From a virus (taxonomy: Duplodnaviria > Caudoviricetes), in the IMG/VR virus record IMGVR_UViG_3300021431_000081, positions 64,001-128,000 of that record: a stretch of 64,000 bases of DNA. The stretch is one strand, 5' to 3'. The position numbers and the translations under genes were made by a program. Shown piece after piece: positions 32,253-41,386 of the stretch. A model generated the notes under the pieces. The model did no database searches and was not told the origin of the DNA. It worked only from the letters and a program-made list of their open reading frames with translations. Every line of letters starts with the position of its first letter. The stretch's first letter is position 1.

Positions 32253-34579
32253 TTAATCCCAACTATTTGGTCGTTTAGCAGGACGAATAATTAATTTATC
32301 TAATAAAGATTGGTTATTGGTCGTAGTACGTTTTTGTGTTAAATGCTTACGTCTCTCTTGTTGTAAAGCATAAGCAAGCATGATAAGGGTATAAAAGCGA
32401 TCGTCCCCTGTGTTAATTTTTATTGCTTCCTTAAAGCAATAAAAATACCGTGGTACTTCCAAGAGTGTCTTTACACTCGACCACGGTTCTCATATTTCAT
32501 TATTAAGTTATAGTATGAAGTTCAGACTGTCGTATCCTCATTTAATCCCTATGAGGTTTGATCACTCAGTCGTTCACGCTGTATTAAAACTTGCGCCTTG
32601 TTGTCCACTTCTGGATTTCCAAGTCAATTAGATCAAATTTTATTTATGTAGTTTATGGATTATACTACATTTGCACAACGTTTTTTATGCAATTTTCCCG
32701 CTTTTTCTGGTGCAAGATCGAATGAATCTCTACCAGATTCCCTTTTCTTACGTACTATGTTAACCGTTTCTTCTTTCATAGCGTCAATATTGGCTAAAGC
32801 CAATTCTTCTTGCCAATCCAGTTTAATTGTCTTAGTATTTACAGATTGTACTTTTGATAATGCTTCATTATATTGCTCTTCATAGTCTTCTTTATTTAAC
32901 TTTTTCTTCTTAAGTTGTTTAGCAATATCCGCTTTCGCATTTTTGAGCTTTTCCTCATCTATATCAAAGACAGTCAAATACCCCTTATTATCATAAGGAG
33001 CGGTAAAGGATATTTTATTCTGATTTACTAACTCGATTAATGCCTCTGCCATTTCAGATTTATACGCTGTCGGTGACATAAGATGAAGTTTATCAACAGC
33101 ATTCGGGAAGCGTTTTACATATTCTGCTGAATACTCTTTATCAATCAGTCCTCTATGCTTTTTACCCGACTTATCTTCCCAGTCTTCCATTAAGAAGTCG
33201 GCAATGTTTACACCACCACCGCCAGAACCTGCATCAATATAGATGCCAATAATATTTCCATAAGCATCTACACCTGCGTTATATCCAAGTATCAATTCCT
33301 TTAAATATTTAATCTGATCAGGAGTTTGCATGGGTGATTTAATCTTTTTTCCTATATCCATAAGATTAAGACAATTACATACCCTCATCTTAATATCATC
33401 ATCACCATTTATATCCTTTTCATGGTATATTTCTCCCACACTAACTACACTGTTATCTCTGGTACGAGCAGGATCATATGCTATAACAAATTTTTTCTCA
33501 CCAGTATCATTGTCTAATAATGGTTTACGGGTCTCCTCATTACGAGTAATTACTCCTCTGCGAATAATGGCATCCGCACCTACATCTGTTGTGAATATGC
33601 AGTAATATTCCCTTCTTGCTTTCTCTGGATTTCTACGCATCTCAGATTCGACCGTAGAACGAGAAAGAAGAGGAGTGATTAATTCTCCACGAAGAGTGGG
33701 CTTAAATGCCTGTTCACAATCTATATGTAAAACTGCAAAATCAGGATTTCCCATGATTTGCTGTTTAGCAAAATCTCTGTATAACTTATAAAATTCAGTA
33801 TCCGTACTGGAAGCAGAAGATATATAAAATTTCTGATATGGAAGATTAGTAGCGAATGTTCTTTGTCTGATTGGATCAATAGATTTGCCAGAGGTGTCTT
33901 TTCCTGTCTTTAAGCTTTTATTGGTTACAGCAAAAGCACCATATACGGCAATCATTTCAGATGATAAAAAACCACACTCATCAAATATAACTGTTCCTCG
34001 CGCTCCCCTGCGAGCGTCTATATTGCTATTGAGAGTTATAGTCTGACTGCCATTATATAGATTATATGAAAATCCATTAGATGAATGACTAAAACCATCA
34101 CCTGCAGCATTTTTGACTTCTACTTCCGCTTTAAAAATATAACCTGTTGAACCACTAAAAGTATCTATATTATCATTAGCAATTTTTTCCAACGTAGTAA
34201 AAGTTTGTTCTGCTTGTCCACCAGTGCCACTGGCAATATAAGTCCAAACGTTACTAAAAGCCATATCCTTTGCCATAGTCTCTAAATCTATTACGGTAGA
34301 TTTACCATAGCTTCGGGTACATACATAAAGTACATTCGGGCAAAACCAAGAACGCTGCACCATCAATGCCTGTCCATCCAATAACTCAATATTAAAAAAC
34401 AAATCTATCATTTGAACAGGATTGCATTGAAAATACTTTTGCATTTTTGCTATCTCTAAAAGCCCATCAATTTTTCTTTGCGAGAGGGGATAATTAATTG
34501 GCTTCACAAAAATGCCGTAATCTTTATAAAAATCTTTATCATAATCATCAGGAACCCATATATTATTCTGAGTTAGCAT
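32253..34579 (-). CDS. terL: Terminase large subunit, two exons (34579-32687, 32405-32253), 681 aa
   Basis: Walker A TRSYGKS, Walker B VIFDE, YISSA, AYDPA (RNase H). Splicing restores LH|DDR, the C-terminal nuclease acidic motif. Confidence 0.92.
32406..32686 (-). ncRNA. Group I intron (281 nt, no ORF) in terminase large subunit
   Basis: P1 UUGCAU/GUGCAA with U.G wobble; P10 CGUU/GACG; P3 UUGAUC/GAUCAA; R GUGAACGACUG; S AUACGACAGUC; terminal G at 32406. Confidence 0.92.
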
Positions 34580-35882
34580 TATCTGACACCTCCTCAGAAT
34601 TTTCTTCAGTTTCTTCTTCTAACGAAGAGAATGGAGCATATAGTTCCTTTAGGTCTTTTAAATGTATTTGTATATCAATATTTTTTTCTTCAAGATAATC
34701 TTTTAAGTCCAAATTTTCTTGAAGCAATATTCTGTTGATTTCTTTATACTGGGCAAGCTGCTTTCTTAAATCAACAATGACTTGTCTCATTTCTGCAACC
34801 ATGTCTGACCATTCAGATTCATCTAATTGCAATTGTTTCATAATAGAAGCGTCACTGGCTTCCTGCACCTGTTGCATACCACGACAGGTTTGAATATCAA
34901 AACCATTGACATTCGCAGCACGAAGATTAAGATCCTTGATCTGTTTAATCTTTCCCGTCCAAGTTCCTGCACCTTTAGTACGTCCTTTGTTATTCTTAAG
35001 ACTGATGCAGCTTTCTGCAGCCAGATCCTTGATCATTCCAGTAATTTTTCCTTTACTTTCTTGTAAACTCTTTATAGTGGCAGAGTTGTTCTGGACCTGT
35101 GTTATGTCAGCCATTAGTTTTGATATTGCATCATCAATCTTGCTCACTTGCAAGAAGTTACGTACAATATCAATACAACTGGAAGTACGAAGCATATCAT
35201 CACTATTATCTTCACCAGTATCTAATAATCCTAATAATTGTGAGTACAAGAACGGCTGATCAGAAATTGCTTCTTTTTCAAAAGGATCATAAGAGAGCAG
35301 TCTTTTTACATCTGCCTTATTTTTTAAGAAATCGGCATATGTATCTTGATCTTCTCTACCACGCATGACATCTTCAGCTGTCTTTTCATCTTCATATAAC
35401 TGTTTTACTTTAAACATATCCGAATCCTGAAAAGTCATGCCATAATAATTAACCATAGCGATATTTTTAATATACGCTGTCCAAGCATTATTTTTTTTGT
35501 TGCCGCTTGTTTCGTCAGTAGATTCAGCTATACTGGAATCCCATACATTATCCAACATAGGCTTATTTAACGCCATACATGCTTTAGTAACGCTATCCTT
35601 AGTAGGTTCATGCTCAAAACCCTGATCATCAACTCTTAAGGCGATCTTACGAGCGCATTCTCTGCATATAGGAGTTAATCCACTCTTAGATAACGGATCT
35701 GTAGACATATAAAAATAGTCTCTGCGTTTTTTCTTATTACACATATAACACCAGACTTTGTCTTTTTCGTCTTCCAGTTCTGCCTCTGCTTCCAATAATC
35801 TTTCCTTTGCCTCTGCAGCGGTCATTTTTTTTACCTTTAATTCCAGATCAGTAGAGGCATTTTTGGATTTTCTGGTAGCCAA
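34563..35882 (-). CDS. Zn-finger protein upstream of terminase (YonG-like; candidate small terminase)
   Basis: 439 aa; CYMC...CREC; TTG start with AGGAGGTG RBS; overlaps the terL start. Confidence 0.6.
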   Translation of the reverse strand: MATRKSKNASTDLELKVKKMTAAEAKERLLEAEAELEDEKDKVWCYMCNKKKRRDYFYMSTDPLSKSGLTPICRECARKIALRVDDQGFEHEPTKDSVTKACMALNKPMLDNVWDSSIAESTDETSGNKKNNAWTAYIKNIAMVNYYGMTFQDSDMFKVKQLYEDEKTAEDVMRGREDQDTYADFLKNKADVKRLLSYDPFEKEAISDQPFLYSQLLGLLDTGEDNSDDMLRTSSCIDIVRNFLQVSKIDDAISKLMADITQVQNNSATIKSLQESKGKITGMIKDLAAESCISLKNNKGRTKGAGTWTGKIKQIKDLNLRAANVNGFDIQTCRGMQQVQEASDASIMKQLQLDESEWSDMVAEMRQVIVDLRKQLAQYKEINRILLQENLDLKDYLEEKNIDIQIHLKDLKELYAPFSSLEEETEENSEEVSDNANSE

Positions 35883-35916
35883 ATGACCACCTCCTTTATT
35901 CCTTTTTTATCATTAG

Positions 35917-35990
35917 CTGCTCCAGTAGGATTTGAACCTACGACACCCTGATTAACAGTCAGGTGTTCTGCCGAACTGAACTATAGAGCA
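35917..35990 (-). tRNA. tRNA-Asn (GUU), CCA not encoded
   Basis: Acceptor UGCUCUA/UGGAGCA; anticodon arm CCUGA-CUGUUAA-UCAGG; T-loop UUCAAAU; discriminator G. Confidence 0.92.
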
Positions 35991-36092
35991 ATAAAAAAGA
36001 GGCCAGTTGCCTGACCTCTAACAATCATTATTCAAAAACGACCATTTCAAGTAATATATAAAAATATTTACATATGGTTTCAAATGGTCGTT

Positions 36093-37280
36093 TTATCCCA
36101 GTACAACGGGATAAATTGCTTCAATTCCTTTTTGATTACAAACTAATACAGTTTGTGACGGATCTGACGTCAGGCGATTCTTAACACAAAATTCATCACA
36201 AGAACCGTTAAGACTGCCACACTGTATTACTTTTATACCAGATACTTCATTCATTGCAATATGATGCTTGTGTCCCATAATAATTGCATATGGAAACCTT
36301 CCTATATAAGCACATAATTTTTGAACAGAAGATTCAGATATACCATCAAAATCTCCGTGTACATTAATATATTCTTTTCCATCAATAATAAATGACGAAT
36401 AAGTATCTGTCATCTTTTCAAAACCAACATATACTCCTTTATCATGAGAATGTATTTTACTAATAAACCAAGGAATTATATTATCTAATTTTTCTCCTAA
36501 TAAAGAATCGTCTTTATTTTTTTCTAATCTGCTATGATTACCGGGAACGCTATATACTTCAACAAGATTAAATATCTGTCTCAATTCATATATAAAATCA
36601 CTAATTAATTCACAGGCCAATATAACTTGATCGACTGTATTTTCTCTATTTGATATTTGAACCGATACATGAATATTTCCTGAAATAAGATCCCCCAACA
36701 AATTTACAATACATCTTGAAGAATTATGTCTGACTGCAATTGTGCCAATTTCAAGAATATAATTAGACAAACGGCGTTTAATATCTTCAACATCAAGTAC
36801 GCCTATATGAAGATCCGATAAATTTACAATTATTGTATTGTTTTTTGATACAAAACCATCATCATCCAAAAATGGATAACGCTCTTTTCCAATATCTTGA
36901 ATTCTTGTTTCTAATAATTGAAGGTTCTCTTCGTATCTTGCTTCTTCACGTAATAATCTATTTAATTCAGTACGTTCATCCTGTAATTTGCGCTTTGCTT
37001 TATATATATCTTGTTCCTTGTTAACCAAAGCCTCCATATTTATATCTGCATTGTTACAGTATTTTTCTCTGCAATATTCTCTTACAAAACTACTCCCTAA
37101 AATACTTCTACTCATAGATTCTGACACACGCCTATAATTATATGGCAAATGATATTTATCAATTATATCTTGCCAGTCATCATCTATAAGTCCATTTACT
37201 TTATCTGAGCAATCTTCTAAAAAACTTTCATATTCATCAGTAGTAAGTCCTACTAATTTTAATTCATTTTCAATATTCAA
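36093..37280 (-). CDS. Calcineurin-like metallophosphoesterase (YonJ-like)
   Basis: SDLH, LGD, GNH, HGD and GHKH motifs. Confidence 0.85.
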   Translation of the reverse strand: MNIENELKLVGLTTDEYESFLEDCSDKVNGLIDDDWQDIIDKYHLPYNYRRVSESMSRSILGSSFVREYCREKYCNNADINMEALVNKEQDIYKAKRKLQDERTELNRLLREEARYEENLQLLETRIQDIGKERYPFLDDDGFVSKNNTIIVNLSDLHIGVLDVEDIKRRLSNYILEIGTIAVRHNSSRCIVNLLGDLISGNIHVSVQISNRENTVDQVILACELISDFIYELRQIFNLVEVYSVPGNHSRLEKNKDDSLLGEKLDNIIPWFISKIHSHDKGVYVGFEKMTDTYSSFIIDGKEYINVHGDFDGISESSVQKLCAYIGRFPYAIIMGHKHHIAMNEVSGIKVIQCGSLNGSCDEFCVKNRLTSDPSQTVLVCNQKGIEAIYPVVLG

Positions 37281-37311
37281 AACCTTATACTCCTTACTAC
37301 CTTATAATCTT

Positions 37312-37503
37312 TTATACTTCTAATTCAATAACTTCTTCTGTTTTTGTTGTACATGAAATGGTAAAAGTTTCATCCTTATATACTTCCTCTAAACAAGAAA
37401 GAAGATTAACAGGGGCTCCGGTTTCAAATTCCACCAGTTCGCCATCTTTAAACATCAGATCTTTTAATTTAACATCGGTTTTAATTGTACGCTTTGCATC
37501 CAT
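37312..37503 (-). CDS. Small acidic protein (YonK-like by size and position)
   Basis: 63 aa with RBS; just upstream of the phosphoesterase. Confidence 0.55.
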   Translation of the reverse strand: MDAKRTIKTDVKLKDLMFKDGELVEFETGAPVNLLSCLEEVYKDETFTISCTTKTEEVIELEV

Positions 37504-37537
37504 AATTATTTACTCCTTTTATTCATTATTTATAAAA

Positions 37538-37570
37538 AATAAAGGCTGTGAAATATCACAGCCTTTATTA
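37538..37570 (-). terminator. Intrinsic terminator ending the six-gene cassette
   Basis: AATAAAGGCTGTGA-aata-TCACAGCCTTTATT flanked by A/T tracts. Confidence 0.7.
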
Positions 37571-37579
37571 TTCATACAA

Positions 37580-38002
37580 TTATTTATTCTTTTTGATATG
37601 AGCCATAGTCTTTTTGATAGCTTCTTTTACTTCAGTATCATTTGTGCTTTCAAGCATTTCTTCCAACTCTTCTGTCATCTTTTGCATTCCATCATCTCTA
37701 CTTCTTCCTCTTTCATAAGAATCATTATAGGAACGATCATCATAGTATCTGCTATCATCATATCTACGGTTATAGCTACGTCCATCGTCATATCTATCCA
37801 TACGGTATGAACGATTTCCTCTATAACTCCGTGTATCTTCAAAACCATTTTCTTCCATTTCCAAGTACTTCATAAGACTCTTAATGGAATGAGTGATTTT
37901 ATCAATTAATTCTATATCCCTATCTGACCACTGCTTTTTCTCGGCAAATTCAGATAATTCATCACATAATCTATATTTAATTTCATCAACTGCTCTTGTC
38001 AT
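37580..38002 (-). CDS. Cassette gene 6: helical protein with R/Y/D/S-rich low-complexity middle
   Basis: 140 aa; RSYRGNRSYRMDRYDDGRSYNRRYDDSRYYDDRSY. Confidence 0.8.
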   Translation of the reverse strand: MTRAVDEIKYRLCDELSEFAEKKQWSDRDIELIDKITHSIKSLMKYLEMEENGFEDTRSYRGNRSYRMDRYDDGRSYNRRYDDSRYYDDRSYNDSYERGRSRDDGMQKMTEELEEMLESTNDTEVKEAIKKTMAHIKKNK

Positions 38003-38014
38003 ATGCTCCTCCTA

Positions 38015-38485
38015 TTATCGAGTTACAAACAAATCAGGACGTAAGAACGTAATTGATACATTCTGTACTTCGACCGTTTGTGCGCTGATATTTTCTATTG
38101 CAATATTCTCACAACATCCACGAGGAACAGGGACACTAATGGTTCGACTTACATTTTGCAATTGCTGAACTGCTGCAGGAGTTATTGTTACCGTACTTTC
38201 TGGTAGCACTTCCCCATCAATGGCTATTGCTAAACTAATTGATTCTACTGTACCACCAGTAGGAATTTGTACGTTCGCTCCAAAATTAACTAAATACCTT
38301 GCTACATTTTCTTGATTGCAACAACAACGGCTATAAGTATTGGGGACGAACCCTTTTAAAGTGAAGATGCCTGATCCATCTCGATGTATAATCAACCCTC
38401 TTTCACACGGATCTGGAGCATTCGTAAATAAAATGTTTTGTCCAGAAGGAATGGACTGGAGGGCATTTGCACTATATTCTGCCAT
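38015..38485 (-). CDS. Cassette gene 5: beta-rich Cys-containing protein (possibly BclA-CTD/C1q-like)
   Basis: Start refined to ATG 38485 (AAGGAGG), 156 aa; alternating beta pattern; RCCC and GCC. Confidence 0.75.
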   Translation of the reverse strand: MAEYSANALQSIPSGQNILFTNAPDPCERGLIIHRDGSGIFTLKGFVPNTYSRCCCNQENVARYLVNFGANVQIPTGGTVESISLAIAIDGEVLPESTVTITPAAVQQLQNVSRTISVPVPRGCCENIAIENISAQTVEVQNVSITFLRPDLFVTR

Positions 38486-38499
38486 ACGCCAATCCTCCT

Positions 38500-39270
38500 T
38501 TAGGCTCCACATCCACAATTATAATAACCCTGATTGCAATTGCATCCATTATAATTTGGAACTATATAAGCAGGAACAGCAGTAGGATTTAAAATACGAG
38601 TCTGTGCAGCATTATCCGCTAAAATAGCACCAGTCTGAGCATTTTGAGAAGCATCAAAACGTGCATTTGCAATGTCATTACGCAATCCATCAATAGTATT
38701 CTGCATACCAGAAATACGATTCTCATAATTCTGACGAATACCATCTAATTCAAGCTGACACAGTTTATCCATTACCATTTGTACTTTGGCATCAGTATTA
38801 GATCTTATTAAGGCCCCTTCATTTGCTACAGCATATTTAACGTCAGCTACGGCTGCTCTATTTTCACAACAACATGTCTGTTGTGTAGTTGCCATATTAT
38901 TAAGTTGAGTTATTAACCCCATCTGATTATTATTTAAAGCCTGTAAAACATTTGCCTGTCCGTTGCAACGACTTACTTCAGCATTAGCAAATCCAGTAGA
39001 CATACCAGAATTAATAGTGCTTAATCCATTCATAATAGCAGCCTGATCAAAGCCACTCTGTACCGCCGAAGTATTTCCCATCATAGGATAAGGATAAGGA
39101 TATCCATTATAGCCACCATTATTACCATTATTATTCCATCCACCCATTAAAGCGAATAAGAATAAAACCCAAATCCAAATTGATCCATCATTACCCCAAC
39201 CATTATTACCATTATTACCAGTAATTGCTGCGATATCTGCAGGCCCCATAGAATCAGAAACAATAGACAT
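38500..39270 (-). CDS. Cassette gene 4: Gly/Asn-rich, single hydrophobic segment, coiled coil, Cys-rich
   Basis: Start refined to ATG 39270 (GAAAGGAG), 256 aa; IWIWVLFLFALMGGW; CCCENR; C-terminal GCNC...CGCGA. Confidence 0.8.
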   Translation of the reverse strand: MSIVSDSMGPADIAAITGNNGNNGWGNDGSIWIWVLFLFALMGGWNNNGNNGGYNGYPYPYPMMGNTSAVQSGFDQAAIMNGLSTINSGMSTGFANAEVSRCNGQANVLQALNNNQMGLITQLNNMATTQQTCCCENRAAVADVKYAVANEGALIRSNTDAKVQMVMDKLCQLELDGIRQNYENRISGMQNTIDGLRNDIANARFDASQNAQTGAILADNAAQTRILNPTAVPAYIVPNYNGCNCNQGYYNCGCGA

Positions 39271-39427
39271 AACGTCTCCTTTCAAGAATAAGTGAAATAG
39301 TTACTTAACCTTGCGCTTGGTTAATGTCCATTTATTCCTTGATTCCTGTTCATCCTCAATATAATATTAAAATTCATCCATTTGAGATAATACTATATAT
39401 CTATACATTATTAAAAACAAATAATTT

Positions 39428-39655
39428 TTATCTTGGCATCATCTGACTTAATTGTTGCGCCAGTTGAAAAACCTGTTGAAACTGATTTTGATTCATTTGT
39501 CCTGAATTAAGCATATTTTGAACCTGTTGCTGACATTGTTGATTATAAGTACTTGGATTACCGGGTAACCCATTTTTAAAAGAATTAAACTGTTGCATTA
39601 AAGACGCCATACCACCAAAAGTATTTAAAAAATTATTCATAGATGGATTAACCAT
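39428..39655 (-). CDS. Cassette gene 3: small Q/N/M-rich protein
   Basis: 75 aa; QQQVQNMLNSGQMNQNQFQQ; overlaps gene 2. Confidence 0.75.
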   Translation of the reverse strand: MVNPSMNNFLNTFGGMASLMQQFNSFKNGLPGNPSTYNQQCQQQVQNMLNSGQMNQNQFQQVFQLAQQLSQMMPR

Positions 39656-40199
39656 TGTTTGACCGTTCCTTTCTAGGACGAGACTGATTTTGTCCTACTT
39701 TTTGACTTTGTAAAAAATCAGACAATTGATTCTTTAATTCATTAAATTCCTCACGAGTAATTGTTGAATTATCCGTTTCATTAATTGCTGTAGAAGTAGA
39801 AGAATCAGTTATTACTTGTGTGGGCGCAGGAATAGTATTAATTTGATTCTGATATTGAACAAATACTTCCTGATAGGTAAATTCTCTTAATGGTAATGCC
39901 ATACCAAATGCATCAGTGGCTTTAATATAAAATTTTGATTGATCTTGAGTATCAAATAAATACACTGTTGTATTTGATGACATTACTGGATATACACTCG
40001 CCCCCATTCTTCCTTGAACAAAACCAATACTAATAGGCATAGAATTATTCATAGAAGAAGAAATAATATTGTTTACAGGTGTATAAGCATTATTATAATT
40101 ATTTCTATTCGCCTGTGTTACGTTATTTTGTGAGATATTCATATAACGATTTTGATTATTAAAATCATTAAAGCCCATATCCATAACTATTTCCTCCAA
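39648..40199 (-). CDS. Cassette gene 2: N-rich N-terminus, beta core, short C-terminal coil
   Basis: About 180 aa; FVQG...FD...FYIKATDAFG...ITREEFNELK. Confidence 0.75.
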   Translation of the reverse strand: MEEIVMDMGFNDFNNQNRYMNISQNNVTQANRNNYNNAYTPVNNIISSSMNNSMPISIGFVQGRMGASVYPVMSSNTTVYLFDTQDQSKFYIKATDAFGMALPLREFTYQEVFVQYQNQINTIPAPTQVITDSSTSTAINETDNSTITREEFNELKNQLSDFLQSQKVGQNQSRPRKERSNNG

Positions 40200-40558
40200 T
40201 AAAAAATCACGGGTTCATCACCTGAATCCCACGAATCATAATAATTTCCATCAATTATTGTAATTGCATGTGATTCGCTCCCTACAACATAAGTCCCATA
40301 AGGATGATCATAACAGAAATCTATTACTGAATAACAATTAGGACATGAATTTGATATAATATATCTATCATATCCTTTATTTCGTAAATATGCTCCCCAT
40401 ACTTCACTTTCTGAAGGCATCGCTCCCATTAAATATCCTTCTATAGCTAATTCAACATAAGTCTTATCCCAACTTTGATGTAATGCTTTTGATAACGCTC
40501 TAACAACACAATCACCAGTCCTCTGATGATATGGATTTGGATTATACTTTTTAAACAT
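40187..40558 (-). CDS. Cassette gene 1: putative papain-like (C39-like) cysteine peptidase
   Basis: 123 aa; NPNP..GDCVVRA (Cys), SHAITI (His) and YYDSWD (Asp) in catalytic-triad order. Activity is inferred. Confidence 0.55.
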   Translation of the reverse strand: MFKKYNPNPYHQRTGDCVVRALSKALHQSWDKTYVELAIEGYLMGAMPSESEVWGAYLRNKGYDRYIISNSCPNCYSVIDFCYDHPYGTYVVGSESHAITIIDGNYYDSWDSGDEPVIFYWRK

Positions 40559-40575
40559 ATTGTTTACCCTAAATA

Positions 40576-40758
40576 TTAAGTGTATGTATAAGTGACTTCA
40601 TTTTCCTTATATTCCTTTAATACACGTAAAACTTTAGGATCTTCAGTTAAATAATACCTTTTTGCTCGACCTTTATGAGTAATACTAGAAATATGGATTA
40701 AATATCCAAATTTTTTACTTCGCAAATAATTTGCTTCGTTTTGTGTAATTTGAATCAA
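40576..40758 (-). CDS. Small basic hypothetical protein (60 aa)
   Basis: TTG 40758 with AAGGA RBS; the longer track ORF overlaps tRNA-Pro. Confidence 0.6.
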   Translation of the reverse strand: MIQITQNEANYLRSKKFGYLIHISSITHKGRAKRYYLTEDPKVLRVLKEYKENEVTYTYT

Positions 40759-40808
40759 ATTGAATTCCTTCTTTTCATTATATTTCTTCCTATTAATAAG
40801 AAAGATAG

Positions 40809-40882
40809 TTGGAGTAACAGGATTTGAACCTGCGATTTCCAGATCCCAAATCTGGCGCTTTACCAAACTAAGCCATACCCCA
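40809..40882 (-). tRNA. tRNA-Pro (UGG), CCA not encoded
   Basis: Acceptor UGGGGUA/UACUCCA; anticodon arm CCAGA-UUUGGGA-UCUGG; T-loop UUCAAAU; discriminator A. Confidence 0.9.
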
Positions 40883-40887
40883 TAAAT

Positions 40888-40920
40888 AAAAAGGGTAGCC
40901 TACTCGAAAGTAGACTACCC
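40888..40920 (-). terminator. Terminator-like hairpin after HU
   Basis: GGGUAGUCUACU-UUCG-AGUAGGCUACCC followed by a U-tract. Confidence 0.7.
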
Positions 40921-40932
40921 ATAAAATTCTAT

Positions 40933-41205
40933 TTACTGCACACCATCTTTAAACTTCTTACCAAATTTTACCTTCGGTACATATTTTGCAGGAACTGCTA
41001 CAGATTCGCCCGTGCGAGGATTTCTAGCTACACCCGCTTCTTTATATTTTCTTGTGAAAGTTACACCATCAAATACATGAACTTCATTACCTGCCTTAAG
41101 ATCATCAATAATAACCTTCTCAGCAGATTCAAATACAACCTTGGTATCCTTAATAGTCATTCCTGTTTCGGCAGCTACTGCCTTATAAAAATCAATCTTT
41201 AACAT
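40933..41205 (-). CDS. hup: HU-family DNA-binding protein (YonN-like)
   Basis: 90 aa; ARNPRTGE...VPA...PKVKFGK arm motif. Confidence 0.92.
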   Translation of the reverse strand: MLKIDFYKAVAAETGMTIKDTKVVFESAEKVIIDDLKAGNEVHVFDGVTFTRKYKEAGVARNPRTGESVAVPAKYVPKVKFGKKFKDGVQ

Positions 41206-41386
41206 AATAATGTCTCCTTTTTTTCTATATTCTTTTTTGTTCAGAATTGTTCTCGCCTACAATTCTTTAAAGGCATAAAAACCGTGATGTTTGCTGAAGA
41301 AACTGTAAAAAATAGTTCCTTCATATATGGACTTTTCAAAAAACTTATAAACCATTAAAAAACAAGGGCTTTGTTGAGGTTATTTT

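Noticed and set aside
32253-32462. 69-aa ORF as an independent gene
   Set aside because: Its first 19 codons are intron sequence; the rest is terminase exon 2.
40759-40866. N-terminal extension of the track ORF 40576-40866
   Set aside because: It overlaps tRNA-Pro; a TTG start with RBS exists at 40758.
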